Assembly (NCBI GenBank): GCA_050950285.1
Contig: JBMNHG010000004.1
Coordinates: 1 to 64,000, forward strand
Direction of reading: 5' to 3'
From: Kiritimatiellia bacterium
GTDB lineage: Bacteria; Verrucomicrobiota; Kiritimatiellia; RFP12; JBMNHG01
DNA: 64,000 nucleotides
Each line of letters begins with the position of its first letter. Within the stretch, counting starts at the first letter, position 1. The position numbers and the translations under genes were made by a program. The notes under the pieces were generated by a model. The model worked only from the letters and a program-made list of their open reading frames with translations, made no database searches and was not told where the DNA came from. This document shows positions 1 to 9,060 of this stretch, piece after piece.

Positions 1-1921
1 AGAAGCATCGCGGAGTCCGTGCGGTTGTTGAGCTCTACGGCGCCGCTGGCGGAGAACTTGATGGTGGTCGCCCAGTTCCAGTCGTTGATGGAGCGGGTCT
101 TCGCGTTCGCGAGCATCAGCGGGGCCGGGGCCCAGTCGCCGGCGAAGGCGATGGGTTGATTCTCCCGGGCGCGCTCGACGAGCGAATGCCAGACGTTCCG
201 GCGGCGGTCGTCGCGCATCGGATTCCACGCGAAGGGCTGCTGGTTCAGCGCGCCCGAATCCCAGGTGTAGCCCGGGCGGTTAGGGTTCGTCGGCCTTCGT
301 GGGGTCGGTGGAATTCCGGTATTCCTCGAGATTGGTCATGAAGTCCATGTCGGGATCGTCGTCGGGGTCGCCCGCCGTGGCCGTCGCGTGGTCCGGGAAT
401 TTGCCGAAGAAGAACATTTCGAACCAGTTCGGCATGCCGTCGCCGTCGAGGTCCCCGTTCTCCGAGTAGTATTCGGGTTCCTCGGCGGGGAAGTCCTTGC
501 GCCACTCTTCGTCGTAGCCCGTGCCGAAGGCGACGAGCGTGTTGTCTTCGCGCCAGCGGCGGTCGGAGACGGGTTCGGGGGCCTTCACGGAGCAGACCGT
601 CTCTTCGCCTCGCTTCACCGTGGCCGCGAGTTCGCCCGGCTTGAGGTCGAAGTAATGGAAGCCGAAGCCGGCGGGGGCTTCGTAGGCGCCATAGCCTTCG
701 ACCTCGACGGTGGCCGGTTCCTTGAGAAAGGTGATGACCTGCAGGACGGAGCCGCAGTCGAGGCGGCGCGAGTACAGCGGCCAAGGCGCGGGATTGCCCG
801 CCGTGCGACGGTAGACGAGGTGCACTTCGTCTTTCCCGATCGGGGGCGGCACGCCGTCGTTCTTCCATTGCTCGATGAAGTACTGGTTCACGCGGATCAC
901 GGAGTAGCCGTTGCCCGTGGTCGGCGCGATGCCGGATTCCTCGCCGTAGTCGTTCCAGGTCACGAACTGGATGACGCGCGCGTCGTTCGTGATGGCGGCC
1001 TCCCAGTTGAGGCGCAGCATGTCGAGTCCTCCCCACGACATGACCCAGCCGCTTTTGTTCGCGTACTGGTAGGACATCGGCTGGCTCCAGAGCGCGCCGC
1101 CTTCCTTGACCGCACGGGCGGTGACCTCGCCGCCGAGGCTTCCGCCGCCGCCGGCGCCGAGGAAGCCGCCCACGGCGTCGTAGATCTTCGCGGCCCCGGC
1201 GCCGACCTTCTCCCAGTCGCCGTTGTAGCTGTCCATCGAGCCGTGGATGAAGACCGGTTCGCCCACGCGCTCGCGGAAGGCGTCCCATCCCTCTTTCTCG
1301 CGGGCGAGCCGCTCCTCCACGGAGCCGTGGTCGCCGCCGCCGAGGGCGCTGGAATAGTAGCCGAAGAAGAGGGGCTTGCCATCGAAACGGCCGAGGTTCG
1401 GGGAGTCCTTGTGCTTCAGCACGAACTCGGCGGTGCGCACGTAGGCGTCGACCATCGTCTCGCCTTCGCCCACGGCGTGGCACGAGGCGTCGAAGCAGAC
1501 GGTCAGGCCGAAGTCGACCTTCATCTCCTCGGCGACCTTGAGGAAGGTCTCGAAGGTCTGCATCGCCCCTTCGCCGCCGGCCCAGGCGTCGAAGGCGAAT
1601 CCGTCGAAGCCGAAGCGCTTCGCGCGGGAGATTTCGAGGCGGGGCGTTGTCTTCCGCCGAGAGTCCCTGGGCAAAGGCGGGCGTGCGCGGCACGAGCGGC
1701 CAGTTCACGAAGTTCCCGCCGAGCTGGTCGAGGTAGCCCTCGCCCCTGAGATACTGGTGGGTCTGGCCCCAGTGCCAATGCATCGCCCCGCATGCGGCGG
1801 GGAAGCACCCCATGTAGTGGGCGTAGATTTTCCGTTCGACAGGGGCGTCTCCGGCATGCGATGGCGGTATCGGGACGAGGGCCGCCAGCGCGATCGAAGC
1901 AAGAAGCACGGGAGGTTTCAT
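1..1921 (-). CDS. Secreted GH71/GH99-like glycoside hydrolase with an Asp-rich Ca-binding repeat and a further C-terminal domain; two apparent +1 frameshifts; runs off the window start
   Basis: ATG at 1921 with an AGGAG RBS and signal peptide (MKPPVLLASIALAALVPIPPSHA). IYAHYMGC motif, then a frame change at the G4 run 1641-1644 into RLEISRAKRFGFDGFAFDAW...QFVTWNDYGEES (GH71/99-like). DLDGDGMPNWFE and DPDMDFMTNLEEY repeats. The stop at 280-282 is bypassed by removing one base, and the new frame stays open to position 1 (RPGYTWDSGALNQQPFAWNP...). Confidence 0.65.
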
Positions 1922-1950
1922 GGTTTTCTCCTGGGGTCGTGGAATCCGGG

Positions 1951-4254
1951 TCATACGGCAAATTCGTGGCGGGCGATGATCTCGTCCTGCACCTTCCTGT
2001 CGAGTTTCACGAAGACGGCGGAAAGGCCGGAGACGCGCACCACGAGGTCGGCGTGCGCTTCCGGATCGGCCTGGGCGGCCTTGAGGGTGGAGGCGTCCGC
2101 GATGTTGGGCTGCATGCAGGGGATGCCCGCTTCGCACGAGGTGCGCAGCAGCGCGGCCATCGTCGCCGGCGTGGCGCCGTTGCCTTTCGGCATCTGGAAG
2201 TCGAGCACGGCGTTTCCGGGCGCGGAGGTGAAGTCGATGGCGCGGAGGAAGGCGATGGTGTCGGTGATGCTCCTCGGGGCGTTCGTCCGGTGCGGGGCGA
2301 TGCCCTGCGAAAGCGGGTCTCCTGCGCGGCGTCCGTCCGGCGTGGCGCCGGTGGCCTCGCCGAAGTGCTGGAAGAAGTAGTACACGAAGAAGCTCGGTTG
2401 AAAGTGCCCGCCGCGCTCGTTGCGGCATGCCGCGACGATGTCGGTGATGTCCTTCGCGACGCGCGCCGCGAGTTCCGCCACCTCGGGATCGCTCCCGCCG
2501 AAGCGTGGAAGCGCGAGGAGGTGCCGCCGCAGGGCTTCGGACCCTTCCCAGTTCGCGCGGGTGGCGGCGCGGAGGCCGCCAAGCGAGACGAAGTTCCGCT
2601 CGTACACGGCGATGCGGATTGCGGCGAGGATGTTGACGATGTCGGCCAGGCCCACGAGCGCGCATCCGGTGGGGTTGTAGCGCGCGCCGCCGGCGGCGAC
2701 GTCGCGCCCGCTCTCCACGCATCCCGCGATGGTGGACGAGAAGAGCGGGTAGGGGTGGAATCGCTCGAAGTGTCGTCCGTCCTGCCGCCACCACGCGGCG
2801 CCTTGGCGCAGCATGCGGCGGAGTCCGCGGAGGGTGCGCGCATAGAAGGCCTCGAAGGTGGGCGGATCGGGCGACAGGGGCACGGCGCCTTCGCCTGTCC
2901 CGGTTGTTCCAAGAAGGATGGCGAGCGTCTCGCGCAGGGCCGGGTTCCGGGTGGCGGGCGCCCCGTGGAAGAGCAGTTCGAAGGCCTTGACGAGGTTGAA
3001 GTAGTAGCCGGCGCCGGCGGAGTGCTCGACGCCTTCGCAGATGGGCTCCTGGCATCCGCCGTTCACGAAGTTCCGGGCGTCGGCGGGGGATTTCCCGTGG
3101 CGGCACAGGGCGGGGACGAGGATGTCGTCGTTCGAAAAGGCGAAGTTGTTCGTGCCGCGCAGGACGGAGCCGGAGAGGAAGGCGAGGTAGTCCGCGGGGG
3201 CCTTCGCGGAGATGCGGCAGTTGGGCTTGGGGCTGAGAAGGCCGTTTTGTTCGTGCACGCGCACGAAGAGGCGGGTGAGCGGGGTGTCCACGAAACGCCC
3301 CGTACGCGGGTCGGCGCCGCCGAGGACCAGGGTGGTGCTGGTTTCCGGCCAGGCGCGGGACCGGGAGTCCATCTTGATGTCGTGCACGAGCATCCAGCGG
3401 GCGACAAGGTCTTCGGCCTCGTCCGGCGAGAGGCGCCCTGCGGCGAGATCGGCTTCGTAGAGCGGCGTGAGGAGCAGGTCGGGGCGTCCGAGCACGGAGA
3501 TGCCGATGTTGTCGAGCGAGGCGAAGACTTCGCGGGCGAAGAGAATGGCGGCGAGGCCCTCGTGGAAGGTGCGCGGGGGGTGGGCGGGGACGCGTTCCAT
3601 GGCGGATGCGGCGAGGGAGAGGCAGCGGCGCTGTTCCGCGTCGAGGGTCGCGCGCGCTTCGTCGAGAAGGGCCCTGGCGCGGGCGGCGAAGCGTCCGGCG
3701 ATGCGGAGCGCGGCGTCGATTCCGGCGAGCATGGCGCGGGTTTCGGCGTTCTGGCGCGGCCGTGCGGCGATGCGGGAGCGGATGCCGAGGAGCCCCTCCC
3801 GGAGGAGCGTGGTGTAGCCGATGCAATGGTGGTCGACGTCGTAATGGTCGCCGTAGATGTTCCACAGCCCCACGGTCTGGTCGGGGCGCCAGAGGGAACA
3901 GAGGGCCATGCGCTCGCGTGCCGTGCTGGCCTTGCGCCGTTCGGACTTGAAGCGGTAGACTTGCGAGCCCGGCGCGGCGAAGTCGGGGCAGCCCCAGTTC
4001 CAGGGGTGGCGCAGGGCGGTCTCGAAGCAGAAGGGGAAGCGGGTCCAGACCACGGTCTCGCACTCTTCGGCGAGGAGGGTGTAGAGGCGTCCTTTCAGCG
4101 TGGCGGCGGAGGCTCGGGGGGCGGCGTCGCAGAAGGCGCGGGCCTTGGCGTTGATTTCCTCCCGGCGGCGTGCCGCGGGGCCCCCGGGCGCGAGGTCGCG
4201 TTCGAGTCCGCGGTAGCTGGCGGCGAGCTCTTCCCGGAGCGCTTCGTAGGCCAT
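1951..4254 (-). CDS. Glycyl radical enzyme (PFL2/eliminase-like family), substrate unknown
   Basis: 767 aa. Cys loop NGGCQEP, C-terminal glycyl loop LVVRVSGLSAVF, GATPDGRRAGDPLSQGIAP and LPRFG motifs. Confidence 0.85.
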   Translation of the reverse strand: MAYEALREELAASYRGLERDLAPGGPAARRREEINAKARAFCDAAPRASAATLKGRLYTLLAEECETVVWTRFPFCFETALRHPWNWGCPDFAAPGSQVYRFKSERRKASTARERMALCSLWRPDQTVGLWNIYGDHYDVDHHCIGYTTLLREGLLGIRSRIAARPRQNAETRAMLAGIDAALRIAGRFAARARALLDEARATLDAEQRRCLSLAASAMERVPAHPPRTFHEGLAAILFAREVFASLDNIGISVLGRPDLLLTPLYEADLAAGRLSPDEAEDLVARWMLVHDIKMDSRSRAWPETSTTLVLGGADPRTGRFVDTPLTRLFVRVHEQNGLLSPKPNCRISAKAPADYLAFLSGSVLRGTNNFAFSNDDILVPALCRHGKSPADARNFVNGGCQEPICEGVEHSAGAGYYFNLVKAFELLFHGAPATRNPALRETLAILLGTTGTGEGAVPLSPDPPTFEAFYARTLRGLRRMLRQGAAWWRQDGRHFERFHPYPLFSSTIAGCVESGRDVAAGGARYNPTGCALVGLADIVNILAAIRIAVYERNFVSLGGLRAATRANWEGSEALRRHLLALPRFGGSDPEVAELAARVAKDITDIVAACRNERGGHFQPSFFVYYFFQHFGEATGATPDGRRAGDPLSQGIAPHRTNAPRSITDTIAFLRAIDFTSAPGNAVLDFQMPKGNGATPATMAALLRTSCEAGIPCMQPNIADASTLKAAQADPEAHADLVVRVSGLSAVFVKLDRKVQDEIIARHEFAV

Positions 4255-4279
4255 GGCGTTTGCGTGCGTGGGATGGCGG

Positions 4280-4852
4280 TCAGGAACCGGGGTGGACGCT
4301 TCGGCCGCCTTGCTTGCAGAGCGGGCAGTCGGCGGGCGCCCAGACGGTGGGGGTCATCTGGAGCAGGCTCACAAAGGGGCATCCGAAGGCCGCCGTGCCG
4401 CCGCTGCGGTCCACGAGGACGGCCACTGCGGCGGGGACGCCGCCGGCGGCCTTGACGATGTCGATGGTCTCCTGCACGCGTCCGCCGCGCGTCACGACGT
4501 CTTCGGCCACGAGGTAGCGTTCGCCGGGGCGGATCCGGAAGCGGCGGAGGACGAGGGCGCCGTCGGCCTTCTCGGCGAAGATGTGGCGCTTGTCGAGGGC
4601 GCGTCCCATCTCGTGGCCCACGAGGATGCCGCCGATGGCGGGGGAGATTACGCCGTCGATTTCGAGGCCGGGGCAGGCGGCTTCGAGGCGCTTGGCCAGT
4701 TCGGCGCAGAGGCGTTCGGCCAGGCGCGGGAAGCGGAGGAGGTTGGCGCACTGGAAGTAGCGGTCCGAGTGGAGGCCGGAACGGAGTTCGAAGTGTCCGG
4801 AGAGGAGGGCCTCGGTATCGGCGAGGATCTGGAGGATGTCGGATTCGTTCAT
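4280..4852 (-). CDS. pyrE: Orotate phosphoribosyltransferase
   Basis: Start MNESDILQ at 4852. GHFELRSGLHSDRYFQ; PRPP-binding VAEDVVTRGG; C-terminal CPLC...PGS. Confidence 0.92.
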   Translation of the reverse strand: MNESDILQILADTEALLSGHFELRSGLHSDRYFQCANLLRFPRLAERLCAELAKRLEAACPGLEIDGVISPAIGGILVGHEMGRALDKRHIFAEKADGALVLRRFRIRPGERYLVAEDVVTRGGRVQETIDIVKAAGGVPAAVAVLVDRSGGTAAFGCPFVSLLQMTPTVWAPADCPLCKQGGRSVHPGS

Positions 4853-4866
4853 GGGATGGAGGGGGG

Positions 4867-6000
4867 CTAGCGGGGCAGGGTGATGCCGCGGCGGAGGAAG
4901 GTGGGTTCGTCGAGGTTCTCCCCGTTGAGGATGGCGGGGTCGATCTGGAAGAGGTTGCTGCGCCCGGCGCGCCGGGCGGCCATGGGGGCGCCGCTTGCCT
5001 TGCCGTGTCCGGACAAGGAGAAGGCGGCGTCGTCGCCGGTACCGGCCGCCCCCCATTTCTCGAAGGCGAGGGCCACGAGCTGGATCGAGCCGTCGAAGCG
5101 GTCGTCGAGAACGGTGCCCATCCGGAGCGGGCATCCCGGCTGGCAGGCGGCGGTGACGGCGTCCGTGACGGTGGACAGCTCGCGGAGGCGGAGGTCTTCC
5201 CCGCCGAGGATGCCGAGGACCAGGGCCTGCGCGTTTCCGAGGGCCTTGGCGCCGCCGAGGAGGGGGGACTGGACGAGGGCCTTGACGGCGTTACGGGCCC
5301 GGTCGGGGGAGTTGTCGGCCTGGGATACGGCGAAGCGGAAACGGCCCCCGCCCTGGCGGAGGATCGTGAGCAGGTCGTCGGCATCGAAGCGCACGAAGCC
5401 TGGCGTGAAGAGGAGGCGCCAGAAGAGGACGAGGGCGCTGGAGAGGATGTCCGTCGCGCGGCGGATGGCTTCGGGAAGGGGGAGGCCGGCGCCGCCGGGA
5501 GCGCTCTCGAAGAGATCGTCCAGGGGAAGGAGGCAAAGGGCGTCCGCATGTTCTTCGAGGATGGCGGCGGCGCGGTTTGCCTCGGCGCGCCGTTCGGCGC
5601 CTTCGAAGGCGAAGGGGAGCGTGGCGAAGCAGAGCGTGGCGACGCCGGCTTCGCGGGCGATCCGCAGGACCTCCGGCGTCCCGCCGTTGGAGAAGCCGCC
5701 GCCGAGACCGCAAACGACCACGGCCGTACGGGCGCCGGAAAGCGCCTCCCGCACGCGTTCGGCGTCGTCCTGCACGGCGAGGCGGCCGTTCACGCGGTCG
5801 CCGCCCGTTCCGCGGCCGTCCAGGCGCGAGGCGCCGAGGACGGCGCAGCGGAGGTCCTCGATCGCGCGCGCTTCGAGGGCGTCGGAGTCGAAGCCCACGG
5901 CGCGGAGTCCGGCGCCGAAGGAGCGGCGCGCCGCGGCGGCGATCCGGCATCCGGCGCCTCCCACGCCGGCGAGGAGAAGGCTGTTGTCTTCGAAGTTCAT
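4867..6000 (-). CDS. ftsZ: Cell division protein FtsZ (divergent GTP-binding motifs)
   Basis: GVGGAG, GRGTGGD, TLPFAFEG and C-terminal NLDEPTFLRR core peptide; lies directly downstream of ftsA. Confidence 0.85.
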   Translation of the reverse strand: MNFEDNSLLLAGVGGAGCRIAAAARRSFGAGLRAVGFDSDALEARAIEDLRCAVLGASRLDGRGTGGDRVNGRLAVQDDAERVREALSGARTAVVVCGLGGGFSNGGTPEVLRIAREAGVATLCFATLPFAFEGAERRAEANRAAAILEEHADALCLLPLDDLFESAPGGAGLPLPEAIRRATDILSSALVLFWRLLFTPGFVRFDADDLLTILRQGGGRFRFAVSQADNSPDRARNAVKALVQSPLLGGAKALGNAQALVLGILGGEDLRLRELSTVTDAVTAACQPGCPLRMGTVLDDRFDGSIQLVALAFEKWGAAGTGDDAAFSLSGHGKASGAPMAARRAGRSNLFQIDPAILNGENLDEPTFLRRGITLPR

Positions 6001-6007
6001 GGCGTAC

Positions 6008-7213
6008 TCAGGGCTTCCGGAGGAATTTGCGGAGCCAGTTGGTCATCGGCGAGGAGGAGACCTCGTTTTCGAGCATGGCGTTGCCGATGCGGAGCAGTCC
6101 CACGAGCGTGGCGTAGGCGGCGGGCGGGTGGTCCAGGGGCAGGCCCTGCGCCTTCAGCGCGCGGGCTACGGCGCAGGGAAGGCCGAAGACGCCGGAGGCG
6201 AGTTCCGCCACCTGGGGCAGGGCGGCGCCGCCGCCGGTGAGGACGATGCCGGAGCCGATGCGGTGGAGGGCGCCCGATTCGACCAGGCGGGCGCGGACCA
6301 GGCGGAAAAGTTCGTCCATCCGCGCATTCGTCACGGTCTGCACGGCGCGTACGCTGATGGTGCGCTCGGCGGTGAAGGTGTTGCCGGGAAGGGTGCATCG
6401 CGCGGCGCCGGCCTCTTGCGTGAGGAGGGCGCTCCCATGCTCGCGCTTGAGCTTCTCGGCGACCGCCGTGGCCACGCCGAAGGCGACGGCGAGGTCGTTG
6501 GTGAGGTGGTTCCCGCCGATGCCGATCACGCCGGCGTCGGTGAGGGTGTTGCGTTCGCACACGAGGAACTTGGTGGTCCCGCCGCCGAGGTCGATCACCG
6601 CCACGCCGTTCTGCTTCTGTTCGTCGGTGAAGACGGCTTCCGCCGCCGCGAGGCCGCTGAAGGAGGCGCTGTCGATCTCGAGCTGGGCGTTGCGGCAGAC
6701 CTGGCACACGTTCTCGGTGCGGTCGTGGGCGGCGTGGATGGCGATGGCGCGGAGGGACAGGCTGGAGGCGCGCATGCCCATGGGGTTCTGGATGTAGTGC
6801 TGGTCGTTGATGGAGTAGCTGACCGGGAAGGAGTGCATCAGCTCGCGGTCGGGCCTGAGCGAAAAGGCGTAGGCCAGATCCTCCACGTCCTCGATGTCGT
6901 CGGCGGTGACGGTGTGGTCGGCGTCATGGAAGGAGAGGGTGCCGACGTTGGGCTTGGTCTCGACGGACGAGTTGGCGATGCCGAGCTGGATGTAGCGCAC
7001 CTGCACGTCCGAGGTTTCCTGCGCGTCCTTCAGCGCGGCAAGGAGCGAGCCCAGGGCGTCCTGCGTGCTGGAGACCATCCCCTTGCGGACGCCGTACGAG
7101 GGGACGTCGCCTACGCCGATGACGTTGATGTTGCCGCTGCGCGTCGGCTCGCCCACGAGCACCTGCGTGCGGGTGGTTCCGATTTCCACGGCGGTGAGGA
7201 TGGAGTTGGACAT
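6008..7213 (-). CDS. ftsA: Cell division protein FtsA
   Basis: VEIGTT, GVRKGMV, NPMGM, VIDLGGGTT, GGNHLTNDLA, GIVLTGGGA; amphipathic C-terminus WLRKFL. Confidence 0.93.
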   Translation of the reverse strand: MSNSILTAVEIGTTRTQVLVGEPTRSGNINVIGVGDVPSYGVRKGMVSSTQDALGSLLAALKDAQETSDVQVRYIQLGIANSSVETKPNVGTLSFHDADHTVTADDIEDVEDLAYAFSLRPDRELMHSFPVSYSINDQHYIQNPMGMRASSLSLRAIAIHAAHDRTENVCQVCRNAQLEIDSASFSGLAAAEAVFTDEQKQNGVAVIDLGGGTTKFLVCERNTLTDAGVIGIGGNHLTNDLAVAFGVATAVAEKLKREHGSALLTQEAGAARCTLPGNTFTAERTISVRAVQTVTNARMDELFRLVRARLVESGALHRIGSGIVLTGGGAALPQVAELASGVFGLPCAVARALKAQGLPLDHPPAAYATLVGLLRIGNAMLENEVSSSPMTNWLRKFLRKP

Positions 7214-7236
7214 GGGGAACGTGTCTCCGGAGGCGG

Positions 7237-8130
7237 CTATTGGGGAAGGGCGTGGATGTTCCGGGAGTCGATCGATGCGTCGAAGATCCGGTAGGCTTGG
7301 GCGCGGGGGGAGTTCATCGCGCTGACGAGTTCGTGGACGCGGCGCGCCAGGTTGTGGGCCGACTCCTCGCTGAAGGTCCCCATCCCTTCCCAGGCAAGCC
7401 GGGCCTGGCGGTTGTCTTTCATGATGCAGAGGAGGTAGTCTTCGCAGGCGATGTCGATGGAGCTGATGGGAAGGAGGTCCTTGCCGTTCCCGCAGTAGGA
7501 GAGGAGTTCGATCGCGGCCATGGCAAGGCGGCCGTCCACGCGGTCGCCGTCGGCCAGCGGGATGCCTTTTCCGAAGAACTGGTAGCCGGTGACGATGGGC
7601 AGGGCGCGGGGGCGGTTGTCGATGGTGAAGACGACGCCGTCCCGGTCGATGGCGAGGTTCGTCCGCCCGAGGCGGGCGATGGGGGTGCGTTCGTAGGTTT
7701 CGACCACGAGCGTGTCCGGGAGCTGGCGCGAGATGCGGGCGTCGGAAATCGTCGAGATCTTAAGGAGCCTGCGCCGTATGTCGGCAAGGTCGAGCCTGAA
7801 GATGGAGGTGCCGCGCCGAAGGCCCATGAGCTTGCAGTGGCTCGACGCGTTCAGCTTCTTTTCGCTGGCCTCGATGATCTCGCCGTTCAGGTTGACGTAG
7901 CGGATCTGGTAGGCGGGCGAGCGGAGGAGGTATTCGCGGATGCCGTAGGCGGCGCCGCCCAGGAACAGGAGGATGCCGAGGATCCAGAGGGTCGCACGGA
8001 GGGCGTGGCGGGGACGTTTCGTGCGCTTCATCAGCCCCTGCGGACGTCGCGCCAGGACGTCGCGCCGCGGCTTCTTCGCCTTGGCGCGTTTCCTGGGGAG
8101 CCAGCTTGGCAGGGAGAAAGAGCGACCCAT
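7237..8130 (-). CDS. ftsQ: Cell division protein FtsQ/DivIB
   Basis: Basic N-terminus, single TM helix, POTRA-like ISRQLPDTLVVETYERTPIARL; sits between ddl and ftsA. Confidence 0.8.
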   Translation of the reverse strand: MGRSFSLPSWLPRKRAKAKKPRRDVLARRPQGLMKRTKRPRHALRATLWILGILLFLGGAAYGIREYLLRSPAYQIRYVNLNGEIIEASEKKLNASSHCKLMGLRRGTSIFRLDLADIRRRLLKISTISDARISRQLPDTLVVETYERTPIARLGRTNLAIDRDGVVFTIDNRPRALPIVTGYQFFGKGIPLADGDRVDGRLAMAAIELLSYCGNGKDLLPISSIDIACEDYLLCIMKDNRQARLAWEGMGTFSEESAHNLARRVHELVSAMNSPRAQAYRIFDASIDSRNIHALPQ

Positions 8131-8133
8131 TCC

Positions 8134-9060
8134 TCAGTCCTTGGTCGGCGTGTCGAACGCGGCCGTCTCCATCACGCGGGCGCAGAGTCCGGGGAACGGG
8201 AGCCCCGCCTTGGCCGCGGCCTTGGGCAGCAGGCTGGTGGAGGTGAAGCCGGGGAGGGTATTGAGTTCGAGGACGAACGGCTCGCCCCCGGGCGTGATGC
8301 GGAAGTCGACGCGCCCGAGTCCGCGCGCGCCGAAGGCACGGAAGACGGAGCGGGCGATATCCTGGCAACGCGCGACGAGTTCACGGTCGGCCGGATCCTC
8401 GGGGAAGACGTAGCGCGTGGTGCCGTGGGCCTTGTATTTCGCGGCGAAGTCATACCATTCCGGCGCCTGGATTTCGATTGCGGGCAGGGCCTCGCCGTCG
8501 AGGATTCCCACGGTCCACTCGCGGCCCGGGATGAAACGCTCGGCCAGCACATCGCCCCCGTAGCGGCGCGCCTCGGCAAGCGCCGCGGGCCAGCCGGCCT
8601 CGGCGAGCGCGATTCCGACGCCGACGCTGGATCCGCCTTCGGGCGTCTTCGCCACGAGGGGCGCGGGGAAGGGCATGCGGTCGTCGCCGGCCTCCACCAC
8701 GGCCCAGCGCGCGCTGGGGATGGCGTGGCGGTCGAAGAGCCGCTTCGAGAGGATCTTGTCCATCGCCATGCGGCTCGCCGCCGCGCCGGAGCCGGTGTAG
8801 GGCACGCCCATGCGGTCGAGGTCCGCCTGCGCCCCGCCGCTTTCGCCGTATCCGCCGTGGAGGGCGAGGAAGACCGCCTCCACGCCTGCGGGCAACTCCC
8901 CGATCGACTCGGATTCCAGGATGTGGGGCACGGCGTCGTAGCCCGCCGCGACGAGCCCGTCGAGCACGGCCTTCCCGGAGAGGAGGGAAATCTCCCGCTC
9001 GGTGGAAACGCCGCCCATCAGGACCGCCACTCTCTTGAAACGCGCCATTGTCGTCCTCAT
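8134..9060 (-). CDS. ddl: D-alanine--D-alanine ligase
   Basis: VAVLMGGVSTEREISLLSG, ALHGGYGE, PYTGSG, GSSVG, YDFAAKY, LELNTLPGFTSTSLLP. ATGA overlap with the upstream stop; an alternative start is at 9048. Confidence 0.93.
   Translation of the reverse strand: MRTTMARFKRVAVLMGGVSTEREISLLSGKAVLDGLVAAGYDAVPHILESESIGELPAGVEAVFLALHGGYGESGGAQADLDRMGVPYTGSGAAASRMAMDKILSKRLFDRHAIPSARWAVVEAGDDRMPFPAPLVAKTPEGGSSVGVGIALAEAGWPAALAEARRYGGDVLAERFIPGREWTVGILDGEALPAIEIQAPEWYDFAAKYKAHGTTRYVFPEDPADRELVARCQDIARSVFRAFGARGLGRVDFRITPGGEPFVLELNTLPGFTSTSLLPKAAAKAGLPFPGLCARVMETAAFDTPTKD

Noticed and set aside
245..4063. 1272-aa Arg/Pro-rich ORF and many similar long alternative-frame or antisense ORFs (e.g. 35647-40386, 42620-47176, 10948-14385)
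   Set aside because: Shadow ORFs expected at high GC that overlap well-supported genes. Only the segment 1645-1921 of the first one is real (N-terminus of the glycosidase).
1951..4254. Calling the GRE pflB or cutC
   Set aside because: It lacks the PFL Cys-Cys pair, the Cys loop differs from GCVEP, and there are no microcompartment or activase genes.
7180..7200. FtsA phosphate-1 motif reads EIGT rather than DIGT
   Set aside because: Conservative change with all other FtsA motifs intact; not evidence of lost function.
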